Assembly (NCBI GenBank): GCA_031429095.1
Contig: JANOYY010000037.1
Location: 4,883-68,882, forward strand
DNA from: Acidimicrobiia bacterium
Lineage (GTDB): Bacteria > Actinomycetota > Acidimicrobiia > Acidimicrobiales > JANYDT01
Length of the DNA: 64,000 nucleotides
Direction: 5' to 3'
Positions 1 to 7,905 of this stretch are shown here, one piece after another; the stretch's first letter is position 1; the number at the start of each line of letters is the position of its first letter. The notes under the pieces are model-generated. The model had not been told where the DNA came from, searched no databases, and worked only from the letters and a program-made list of their open reading frames with translations. The translations under genes and the position numbers were made by a program.

Positions 1-1804
1 GTCGATGCCCGCAGGCGACGACTGCCGCGGCGGCGATGGTGGAACTGGCGGCGCTGAAGCGGTCTTCGACCTCGACGGTGCCGGGGCTGACCCGGCGAAG
101 AATCGCGCGCTTATGAAGTGTGATGCCGCGACCGTGGAGCCTGTTCTGTGACGGCGCAAGGTCACCGGAAAGCGCGAGCTTTTCGCCGACCAGCAGGTCC
201 GGCGTGATCAACGTGACGTGATGCCCGTGGTCGGCCAACCACTCCGCCATCGCGATTGCGATTGGACCTCCGATGGGATCCCACACGGCGATGGGCCCGT
301 CGGGGAGCACCGCGCCGCCGAGCGCTTCGACATCGTGCATTACGACTGCGTCGGGGTCGACGTGAAACGGGAGCGGCCCCGAAACGCCGCCCGTCGCCAC
401 AATCGTGGGGCCGTTCGCCAACTCACTAGCGGAAACGCCGAACTCGAACGTGACGCCGAGCGCGATGCACTGCGACTCCAACCAATCGGCCGAAAGTGCA
501 AGACGCTCGCGTCCTGTCGCCACCGCGGCCGTGCGTACGACGCCACCCGCCTGACTACTACGTTCACGTATGGTCACCCGCCAGCCCTGGCGGGCTGCGA
601 CACGTGCTGCCTCCATGCCAGCCACGCCAGCTCCGATAACCGTGACCGTGCCTCGAGAGCCAGCCGCCAAGGGAACACCCTCAGCGGCGTCGTCGAGCTC
701 GTGGCCGGTCCGGGGATCCATGACGCAGGTGATGATCGGATTGCGGTTGTCGCGGACCTTGCAGGTCTGGTTGCACAACAGACACGGACGTATGGCCGCC
801 ATCGAATCGGTGCGCAGCTTCGACACCAGATCGGCCTCGGCGAGTTGGGCACGGGTCATTTCGACGGCGTCGCACGCACCGTCACCGATCGCCCATTCCG
901 CCTGACCCCAATCTACGATCGAACCCTGGGCCACGACCGGTACCGTGATCGACGCAGCGCGAAGCCCGTCACGAATCTGGCGGGCCAGACCGATGTTGAA
1001 CCCGGGCTCCACATGCATATCCGGTTGCGTCGCCGCTGATGTGTAGATGGCCCCGCGCACGACCGTGACCAGGTCGACGCCCAACGGGGCCAGCGCAGTG
1101 GCGACGTCGACCGCAGCTTCTGGGGTGACGCCCGCCCACGGCGCCAACTCGTCGCAGCTCAATCGGACAGCGAGGACCGCATCACCAATCGCAGAACGAA
1201 CTCCGGTGAGTACTTCGCGCGCAAAGCGCAGCTTGTCTTCCCCATACGCGTCGCCCCGCATGTTGGTAAGTCCACTGATGAATTGTCGAATGAGTGAGAA
1301 CTGGCCGATGTTGATCTCGACGCCGGCGAGCCCCGACTCAACCGCCGAACGCGCAGCGGCGACAAAGCCGCCCACGACCGCGTCGATATCGCGCTGCTCC
1401 ATGATCTTGGGCACTTCGCGAGTCGCGACCTCGGGAACGGGCGACGGTGCCCACAACACACCCTGGCTCCAATGAGACGTGCCCTGACCGCCACTGTGGC
1501 CCAGCCCGGCCAGCACCACACACGCCGGTGAGACGGCACGAATGGCGTCGCCGACGCCACGCCAGCCGGGACCACATCGCGAGGCGAGCGGCGCTCGCTC
1601 GTAGGGCCAGTCGCTCTCGTGCACGGACGCGATCTCGGTGACCACAATCCCCGCGCCACCCGCCGCTCGTCGCGCATAGAACGCCACGTGTGCCGGCGAC
1701 AGCGAACGGCCCGATCCCAGGTTCGTTTCCATAGGCCCGAACATCACCCGGGACGGTAATGACAGCCCCGAGGGCCCAATACGCAAAGGCTCCAACAGCT
1801 TCAT
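1..1804 (-). CDS. FadH/Old-Yellow-Enzyme family NADH:flavin oxidoreductase (2,4-dienoyl-CoA reductase-like); 3' end lies outside the window
   Basis: My translation of the minus strand from ATG at 1804 gives MKLLEPLRIGPSGLSLPSRVMFGPMETN... (OYE TIM-barrel N-terminus), CLLCNQTCKVRDNRNPIITC (FadH-type Fe-S cysteines) and VTVIGAGVAGMEAARVAA (dinucleotide fold). It is absent from the ORF track because no stop falls in the window. ATGA start/stop overlap with the upstream gene. Confidence 0.85.
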   Translation of the reverse strand, partial: MKLLEPLRIGPSGLSLPSRVMFGPMETNLGSGRSLSPAHVAFYARRAAGGAGIVVTEIASVHESDWPYERAPLASRCGPGWRGVGDAIRAVSPACVVLAGLGHSGGQGTSHWSQGVLWAPSPVPEVATREVPKIMEQRDIDAVVGGFVAAARSAVESGLAGVEINIGQFSLIRQFISGLTNMRGDAYGEDKLRFAREVLTGVRSAIGDAVLAVRLSCDELAPWAGVTPEAAVDVATALAPLGVDLVTVVRGAIYTSAATQPDMHVEPGFNIGLARQIRDGLRAASITVPVVAQGSIVDWGQAEWAIGDGACDAVEMTRAQLAEADLVSKLRTDSMAAIRPCLLCNQTCKVRDNRNPIITCVMDPRTGHELDDAAEGVPLAAGSRGTVTVIGAGVAGMEAARVAARQGWRVTIRERSSQAGGVVRTAAVATGRERLALSADWLESQCIALGVTFEFGVSASELANGPTIVATGGVSGPLPFHVDPDAVVMHDVEALGGAVLPDGPIAVWDPIGGPIAIAMAEWLADHGHHVTLITPDLLVGEKLALSGDLAPSQNRLHGRGITLHKRAILRRVSPGTVEVEDRFSAASSTIAAAAVVACGHR

Positions 1805-2844
1805 AACTGGATGTCGGTGCCGCTTACGCCGTAGGTGTCGGGCAGCACGTATCCCTCCGGGTACGGATCGGTGGGGTCAACGAACAACTGCGTGATTCCG
1901 GTAATCCACGCGCTACCCCGTATGGCGGGGAGGATGGCAGCCTTTCCGCCGACGGTCGTCGCCGCAGTGATGCGGCCATCGAAGGTCGAACCGATCGCCG
2001 ACGCGTGTGTCATGGTGTCGCCAACCTTCATTAGTCCGCGCGCATACAACGACGCCATTCGCGCCGAGAGGCCGGTGCCGGTGGCGCTGCGGTCGAGACG
2101 TCCGGGTGACACTACAACGGCATTGCGAGTTACCTTCCCAACGCCCTCCCACGGTGCAGCGATTTGTACGATTGAGACCCCGGCAATGCCGGGGTTCTCG
2201 GGATGTGCGCACGGCAACTGCTCCCGAGCGGCCAGACGGATCTTCTCACCGACCACCGAAAGCTCGCGCGCCTCACTCGGCTCAATCGCGAAGCCCAACG
2301 CCTTCGCGTCAGCAATGGCGTACCACATGCCCCCATAGGAAACATCAACGGTGATCGTGCCCAATCCCTCGACCTCAAGGGGTGCATCGAGACGATCCGC
2401 AAAGCACGCAACGTTGGTGAACTCGACGCTCTCGCATCGACCATTGCGACACCGCGCCCGTGCCTCAACGACGCCGCCGGGCGCTTCGAGTCGGACGATG
2501 GTTTCGGGTTCCGTCATCGTGACCATACCGGTCTCGAGAAGCACGGTCGTGGTCGCAATCGTGTTGCTTCCCGACATCGCCGCGTATTCGGTCGGCTCCA
2601 TAATGATGAACCCGGCGTCGCACTCCAGGCGCTTTGACGCGACGATCAAATTGGCATGACAGGCCACGCTGCCACGGGGCTCGCGGAGCAACAGGCGACG
2701 CAACCACTCGCCCTCTCGCTGCATCGTCTGCATCTGGTCGAAGACCGTGTCCCCGGCAAAGGGCAAAACGCCACCGGTGACGACATTGCCGATCTCCCCA
2801 CCAGCATGACAACCCACAACCGTAATGGCTCGCCTCGTTTGCAT
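1801..2844 (-). CDS. Proline racemase / hydroxyproline epimerase / 3-hydroxyproline dehydratase family protein, Ser/Thr active-site variant
   Basis: C-terminal 347 aa of the 502-aa track ORF: MQTRRAITVVGCHAGGE..., MSGSN (first catalytic position is Ser), DRSATGTG (second catalytic position is Thr). Start placed at ATG 2844. The upstream in-frame extension runs through a simple repeat and looks non-native. Confidence 0.85.
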   Translation of the reverse strand: MQTRRAITVVGCHAGGEIGNVVTGGVLPFAGDTVFDQMQTMQREGEWLRRLLLREPRGSVACHANLIVASKRLECDAGFIIMEPTEYAAMSGSNTIATTTVLLETGMVTMTEPETIVRLEAPGGVVEARARCRNGRCESVEFTNVACFADRLDAPLEVEGLGTITVDVSYGGMWYAIADAKALGFAIEPSEARELSVVGEKIRLAAREQLPCAHPENPGIAGVSIVQIAAPWEGVGKVTRNAVVVSPGRLDRSATGTGLSARMASLYARGLMKVGDTMTHASAIGSTFDGRITAATTVGGKAAILPAIRGSAWITGITQLFVDPTDPYPEGYVLPDTYGVSGTDIQL

Positions 2845-2971
2845 GAGTTGCGACGTTAGCCGGAGGCACGAACACACGACGAAGACGACGAAGACAAAGA
2901 CAACGAAGACGACGAAGACGACGAAGAGGTTGCAGGCGCTGGGCCGGGCTAACGTCATAGGTGATGTCTGA
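2843..2971 (+). CDS. Speculative 42-aa small ORF (Thr/Lys repeat peptide) occupying the position where mftA is expected
   Basis: ATG 2843 to TGA 2969-2971 gives MSCDVSRRHEHTTKTTKTKTTKTTKTTKRLQALGRANVIGDV. The stop overlaps the mftB start (ATGTCTGA). No similarity to the canonical MftA C-terminus (..CGVY). Composition is dictated by the repeat. Confidence 0.15.
   Translation: MSCDVSRRHEHTTKTTKTKTTKTTKTTKRLQALGRANVIGDV
2876..2926. repeat. Imperfect tandem repeat, 9-nt unit ACGACGAAG (5 nonamers plus one hexamer ACAAAG)
   Basis: Read directly: acgacgaag acgacgaag acaaag acaacgaag acgacgaag acgacgaag. Lies in the divergent intergenic region between the racemase-family gene and mftB. Confidence 0.85.
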
Positions 2972-3242
2972 ACTCCCCCTCGATCCCGCCGGTGTCTACC
3001 GCGTGCACGAAATGGTTGCGGTGCGCCCCGAACCATTCGGTGCTCTCGTCTACCACTACGGAAATCGCAGGTTGGTGTTCCTGAAGAACCATCGCATCGT
3101 GGCGGTCGTGAACAGCCTCGATGGTCAAGCCACGATCGCCGACGTCCTCGACGCCAACAACGTGCCCGTAGCGTCACGTCCGAATTATCTAAGTGCACTT
3201 CATTCTCTTCTGAAGTCCGACATGCTGGAGGTACCGGCCTGA
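2961..3242 (+). CDS. mftB: Mycofactocin biosynthesis chaperone MftB (PqqD-like RRE protein)
   Basis: VAVRPEPFGALVYHYGNRRLVFLKN motif typical of MftB. The stop overlaps the mftC start (TGATG at 3240-3244). The start may be ATG 2964 rather than GTG 2961. Confidence 0.85.
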   Translation: MMSELPLDPAGVYRVHEMVAVRPEPFGALVYHYGNRRLVFLKNHRIVAVVNSLDGQATIADVLDANNVPVASRPNYLSALHSLLKSDMLEVPA

Positions 3243-4375
3243 TGACAGCTCTTGTTGAACAACTCAAGGGTGGGCTCGACGCTCCCATCTGCCTGACCTG
3301 GGAGCTCACCTACGCGTGCAACCTGGCGTGCATTCATTGCCTGTCTTCGAGTGGACGTCGCGATCCGCGTGAGTTGACCACTGCCGAGTGCAGGGCCGTA
3401 GTCGACGAACTCGCCCGGATGCAGGTTTTCTACGTCAACATCGGCGGCGGCGAACCGACGATTCGTTCCGACTTCTTCGAAATCATCGAATACTGCGTGG
3501 CCAACGGTGTCGGTGTGAAGTTCTCCACCAACGGCAGCCGTATAGATGCGAATGCAGCGAAACGCCTTAGCGGTACGGACTACATCGACATTCAGATCAG
3601 CCTCGATGGAGCCGATCGCGAAACGAACGACGCGGTTCGCGGCGAAGGGTCGTGGGATAGCGCAATCGCGGCGATGGACCACCTAGCGGCGGCCGGCTTC
3701 GGACAGTTCAAGATCAGCGTGGTGATGACGCGCCACAACGTGAGCCAACTCGACGAGTTTGAGGCGCTGGCCAGCAAGTACGGAGCCGAGCTGCGCCTCA
3801 CACGTCTGCGTCCCGCGGGCCGCGGCGCCGACACGTGGGATCAGCTGCATCCCACCAACGCGCAACAGCGCGAGCTCTACAACTGGATCATCAAGCGTCC
3901 GAATGTGTTGACCGGCGATTCGTTCTTTCACCTGAGCGCACTCGGGGAGTCGCTGCCCGGCCTCAACCTCTGCGGCGCGGGTCGCATCGTATGTTTGATC
4001 GATCCGGTGGGCGACGTCTATGCGTGTCCGTTCGTGTTGCACGACGAGTTTCGCGCCGGCAGCGTTCGCGACGACGGCGGCTTCAAAAAGGTGTGGAGCG
4101 AATCGGACCTGTTCGTGTCGCTGCGCGAGCCACAGTCGGCCGGCGCTTGTGCGAGTTGCGGTTCCTTCGACGCCTGCCAGGGCGGTTGTATGGCCGCAAA
4201 GTTCTTCACCGGTTTGCCCCTCGATGGGCCCGACCCGGAATGTGTCTGGGGCAACGCCGACGACGAGCTCGCTCGAATCGCTGCAGCATCACCTCCGGTC
4301 GACAAACCCAATCCGGGGCCCGGGCACTCCAAGCCGGTGCCCGTGACCATCGGCCGCAAGTCTGTTTCCGTTTAG
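3242..4375 (+). CDS. mftC: Mycofactocin radical SAM maturase MftC (radical SAM/SPASM)
   Basis: GLDAPICLTWELTYACNLACIHC (CxxxCxxC), MQVFYVNIGGGEPT, CGAGRIVCLIDPVGDVYACPF, CASCGSFDACQGGCMAAKFFTGLPLDGPDPEC. Collinear with mycobacterial MftC as I recall it. Confidence 0.93.
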   Translation: MTALVEQLKGGLDAPICLTWELTYACNLACIHCLSSSGRRDPRELTTAECRAVVDELARMQVFYVNIGGGEPTIRSDFFEIIEYCVANGVGVKFSTNGSRIDANAAKRLSGTDYIDIQISLDGADRETNDAVRGEGSWDSAIAAMDHLAAAGFGQFKISVVMTRHNVSQLDEFEALASKYGAELRLTRLRPAGRGADTWDQLHPTNAQQRELYNWIIKRPNVLTGDSFFHLSALGESLPGLNLCGAGRIVCLIDPVGDVYACPFVLHDEFRAGSVRDDGGFKKVWSESDLFVSLREPQSAGACASCGSFDACQGGCMAAKFFTGLPLDGPDPECVWGNADDELARIAAASPPVDKPNPGPGHSKPVPVTIGRKSVSV

Positions 4376-4402
4376 CCCTATTGCGTTTAGCCCGGTCCAG
4401 CC

Positions 4403-5056
4403 ATGAACTCCGATGCCGACGTCGAACACGACGACGCTGGCCAAACCGACGAAGGTGCGCGTCGCCGCAAGCGTACGAATGCGTACGTAACGATGTGGGC
4501 TATTTCGGTTGACCTTGGCGCCGTGCCGGTTCCGCTGACCAGCGAGGTCGCGATCCCTTCGCTCGACGCAGTGACCGGTCGAGCGAAGGCGCTGGCGCTG
4601 TGTTCGCTGAAGGGACAGGGCCTTACCCAGTTTGAAGTCTTCGCATTCGCCGACGCGTATGAGGTCTGGGACCACCTGACTATCGCGGAGAACGACTACA
4701 TCCTCGATCCTTCTCCGTCGTCCGACGCCGATACGAACAATGCTTGGCGCTACGAGGGTCTGAAGGTGTTGGAGTGGTGTCTCGCTCTGGTGCCCCATCT
4801 CGGCTTTCCTGACAAACCCGGTGACTCGGGAGCGGCGATCAAGATCTGCATCGAAGAGCTTTGTGTCGCGACCGGTACCTCGCCGCAGCTTCGTCCGGTC
4901 AAGGAGTTGCTCGACGCCGCCGACGTCGCTCGTTGCCTGAACGTGGTGGCCCGTGCTCTGGCGCAAAGTGGCGCGGCAATGCCCTCGGGTCTGCACCCCG
5001 GCGTCGCCCATGAACGCGATGCGGTCTTTGCCTGGCTGCTCGCTCAGGGCATGTAA
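4403..5056 (+). CDS. Hypothetical protein, possibly DUF4272-like
   Basis: 217-aa ORF starting 27 nt after mftC. The WRYEGLKVLEWCLALV...LGFPD pattern and the length resemble DUF4272 as I remember it. No catalytic motif recognised. Confidence 0.5.
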   Translation: MNSDADVEHDDAGQTDEGARRRKRTNAYVTMWAISVDLGAVPVPLTSEVAIPSLDAVTGRAKALALCSLKGQGLTQFEVFAFADAYEVWDHLTIAENDYILDPSPSSDADTNNAWRYEGLKVLEWCLALVPHLGFPDKPGDSGAAIKICIEELCVATGTSPQLRPVKELLDAADVARCLNVVARALAQSGAAMPSGLHPGVAHERDAVFAWLLAQGM

Positions 5057-5173
5057 GTACCCGCATCCATGATCGACTGGTCGAAATCGCCGAGGCGTAC
5101 CTGGCCACAACGGGCCTGAGGTCCCCAGAAGTCGAAACTCAAGATTCCGTTCCTCGCAGTCGATACATCCGCA

Positions 5174-6709
5174 ATGGATCGGAGGGTTCTCTTGACGCGG
5201 CGTCGCCCGGATCCGTTGGTGACCCACGACGCCGACACAGAACCTGCGATCGGCGACCCGGAGATCACCGAAGCTCCTGCTTCCAGCAAGGCTGCGTCGA
5301 TTGGCGATGAGTTTGTGACCCCGACGCCCCAAGAGATGGCTGAGCTTGTGTTCGCGAGACGCCGCATCGGAAAACGTCGACGCTCGGAAATTCTGCGCGA
5401 ACTCGAGATCGGCAGCGGCGTCGACGCATTGGGCTACAACTTCCATGAGGCGCCCAGCGAACTTGTCGGCACCCAGTGTGTGCGCAGGTCCTTTCATGCG
5501 CTTCTTGCGCTCGCCGCGCTCGCCCTTTTCAGCGGCGTCCTCTACCGGCAAGATCGCGGCGGATATGCCCTTGAGCTGTGGGTAACTCTGCCCGACATAG
5601 CGCTCGTGGCGTGCGCTGCGCGTTACGGACCCTCGGCCTTCGGACGAGTCCAACGGTTTCGGGCCACGACGCTAACGACCGGCGGTGTCCTTCTCGTCGT
5701 GGCATTGGCGGTGAGCTTCGTTGTTCACCCCTCCGCGCGGGGTGTGTTCGTTCTGGTGCGCTTACTCGGAGCAGTTGGTGTTGCCGATCGGCTCCAACGT
5801 GCCAATCGAGCGGAGATCCGGCGGGCGGTGCAAGTCCTCTTCTGCGTCGCCGGCTTCAGCATCATGTTCGCAGTGCTGCAACACGCTCGGGGTTCGGCGC
5901 TGGGGTTGTACGCCTTGGGCGAGCGGGCGGAGCCGTTCTTTCATTTCGGCGACAACCTCGTCCCCTCAGCGTTTCTCGGACACCCCTATCCCTTGGGTGG
6001 CGCTGCGCTGATCGCGTCGTCTCTCGCTGTCGCGTTGGTTCTGTCCGGTCGTTTGCAGGCTCCGTGGCTCTATGTCGCTGGAGCGCTCGCCGGCTTTTCC
6101 TCTGTGTTCAGCGCATCTCGGACGAATGTGCTCGGCCTCTGTTTGTTCGCCGCAACGGTCATTTTCGGCGCAGCCCGAAGGGCGCCATTGCGGGCATTGT
6201 TGTTTGCCGCCGTCGTGGCGGCCGCGGCGAGCGCCGGGTACCTTGCCAATCCTCACATTTGGTCCTCGAAATCGCAGGCCTACAAAGCTGAGGGCGACGT
6301 GAGCGCGGGGCGGGTCGGCCTCTTCAAGGAAAACGTTGCGATGGTGACGCGCCATCTTCCGTTCGGTGTCGGTCCGGGGCGCTACAACATTGAACTGAAG
6401 AACGACGGAATCACACAGAGCACCGGGTTCGCGCACCCGCCGCAAGTTGTCGCCATGGCTGCTCTTGCTGAAGGCGGCATCCCTGCTGGTTTCGCGCTCC
6501 TCATCATCGGAGGTTCATTTGTCGGCCTGGCGCGACGTCGACGATTCGCCGCCTTCGTACCCGTGGCCGCGCTGGTCGCACCGCTGTTCAGCGACCATTA
6601 CATGTGGTCTGGTGCTGAGGGAATGGCGCTCGTGGCGATTGGCTTCGGTGTTTCGATGCGCTTGTCACGCGAAGCGAACGTTCGCGAGCTTCTCCCCGCC
6701 GCCCGGTAA
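5174..6709 (+). CDS. O-antigen ligase/polymerase (Wzy_C) family polytopic membrane protein
   Basis: Multiple TM segments. SASRTNVLGLCLFAATVIF and GRVGLFKENVAMVTRHLPFGVGPGRY resemble Wzy_C-domain motifs. Confidence 0.6.
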   Translation: MDRRVLLTRRRPDPLVTHDADTEPAIGDPEITEAPASSKAASIGDEFVTPTPQEMAELVFARRRIGKRRRSEILRELEIGSGVDALGYNFHEAPSELVGTQCVRRSFHALLALAALALFSGVLYRQDRGGYALELWVTLPDIALVACAARYGPSAFGRVQRFRATTLTTGGVLLVVALAVSFVVHPSARGVFVLVRLLGAVGVADRLQRANRAEIRRAVQVLFCVAGFSIMFAVLQHARGSALGLYALGERAEPFFHFGDNLVPSAFLGHPYPLGGAALIASSLAVALVLSGRLQAPWLYVAGALAGFSSVFSASRTNVLGLCLFAATVIFGAARRAPLRALLFAAVVAAAASAGYLANPHIWSSKSQAYKAEGDVSAGRVGLFKENVAMVTRHLPFGVGPGRYNIELKNDGITQSTGFAHPPQVVAMAALAEGGIPAGFALLIIGGSFVGLARRRRFAAFVPVAALVAPLFSDHYMWSGAEGMALVAIGFGVSMRLSREANVRELLPAAR

Positions 6710-6768
6710 CCTGCAGATCAAAGCGACTCGACGGAAACGACGTCAAGACGCGCAAAAGGAGCCTCGCC

Positions 6769-7905
6769 GTGCAAACTCGAGTATGCGACATGTTGGGCAT
6801 TGAATTCCCGATTTTGGCCTTCAGCCATTGTCGCGATGTTGTTGCGGCGGTCTCGAAGGCCGGTGGCCTCGGCGTCCTCGGCGTGACTGCTCACACGCCA
6901 GAGCAGCTCGAGATCGACTGCGCCTGGATTGAAGACGAGATCGGTCCGAACCGGGGCTACGGCATCGACGTGCTGATCCCCGCGAAATACACCGGCTCCG
7001 ACGAAGGTGGCCTGACCAAAGAACGACTCGAGCCGATGATTCCGCCGGAACACCGTCAGTTCATGACCGAGTTGCTGGCCCGTTACGACGTCCCGCCACT
7101 CCCCGAGGGCGAAAAGGCTCGCAGCGGTGAGGGCACATGGTCGCACAAAGGTGCGCAACCACTCGTCGATATCGCGCTCGCCCACAAGATCCGACTGATC
7201 GTGAATGCGCTGGGCCCGGCACCGGTGGATCTCGTGACCAACGCCCACCGCAACGACGTGTTGGTTGCCGCTCTGGTCGGCACCAAGGTGCATGCGGAGC
7301 GTCAAAAGAACAATGGCGTCGACCTCATCGTCGCGCAGGGCTACGAGGCGGGGGGACATACGGGAGAAATCGCCACCATGGTGCTCATCCCCGAAGTGGT
7401 CGACGCCGTCGCAGGCACACCAGTCCTTGCGGCGGGCGGCATTGGACGGGGACGTCAGATTGCGGCGGCAATGGCTCTTGGCGCGGAAGGCGTGTGGACG
7501 GGCTCGGTCTGGCTCACCACCGAGGAGGCAGAAACCCATCCCGTGGTGAAGAAGAAGTTCCTCACGGCAACGTCGTCGGACACCGTGCGTTCACGGGCCA
7601 GCACGGGCAAGCCTGCCCGCCAGCTTCGTACGGCCTGGACCGACGAGTGGGAAGCGGAAGCGAACCCGAAGCCGCTCGGAATGCCGCTTCATGGCATGTT
7701 GATCGCGGAAGCCCAGCAGCGCATCGCTCGATCAGCGAACACGCCGAACTCGGGCGCTGAGCGTTTGGTGAACTACTTCGTCGGTCAGATCGTTGGAACC
7801 ATGAATCAGGTCAAGCCGGCACGGCAGGTGGTGTTCGAGATGGTCGATGAATATCTCGACGTGGTTCGCCGTCTCGCCCACGGGCTCGAAGGTGCCGGGG
7901 CCTAG
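6769..7905 (+). CDS. Nitronate monooxygenase (NMO / 2-nitropropane dioxygenase) family FMN enzyme
   Basis: MLGIEFPILAFSH, GYEAGGHTG, VLAAGGIGRGRQIAAAMALGAEGVWTGS. AAGGAG Shine-Dalgarno about 7 nt upstream of GTG 6769. Confidence 0.85.
   Translation: MQTRVCDMLGIEFPILAFSHCRDVVAAVSKAGGLGVLGVTAHTPEQLEIDCAWIEDEIGPNRGYGIDVLIPAKYTGSDEGGLTKERLEPMIPPEHRQFMTELLARYDVPPLPEGEKARSGEGTWSHKGAQPLVDIALAHKIRLIVNALGPAPVDLVTNAHRNDVLVAALVGTKVHAERQKNNGVDLIVAQGYEAGGHTGEIATMVLIPEVVDAVAGTPVLAAGGIGRGRQIAAAMALGAEGVWTGSVWLTTEEAETHPVVKKKFLTATSSDTVRSRASTGKPARQLRTAWTDEWEAEANPKPLGMPLHGMLIAEAQQRIARSANTPNSGAERLVNYFVGQIVGTMNQVKPARQVVFEMVDEYLDVVRRLAHGLEGAGA

Noticed and set aside
2876-2926. The tandem repeats at 2876, 31249 and 43894, considered as possible CRISPR arrays.
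   Set aside because: The units are 9-14 nt and directly abut each other without spacers. No cas genes are in the window.
2964-3010. A GVY tripeptide inside the MftB N-terminus (LDPAGVYRVHE), which could suggest an MftA-MftB fusion.
   Set aside because: The segment aligns with the conserved G-W-R-L-H region that precedes VAxRPEPFGAL in ordinary MftB proteins. The GVY is internal, not C-terminal.
2845-3309. N-terminal extension of the proline-racemase-family ORF, including a possible ATG at 2958 that would give a poly-Val/Phe TM-like segment (MTLARPSACNLFVVFVVFVVFVFVVFVV...).
   Set aside because: The extension is encoded by the simple repeat. Beyond that it is antisense to mftB. The family N-terminus (MQTRRAITVVGCHAGGE) begins at ATG 2844. 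A start at 2958 would leave only 2 nt between divergent genes. It remains possible but is unsupported.
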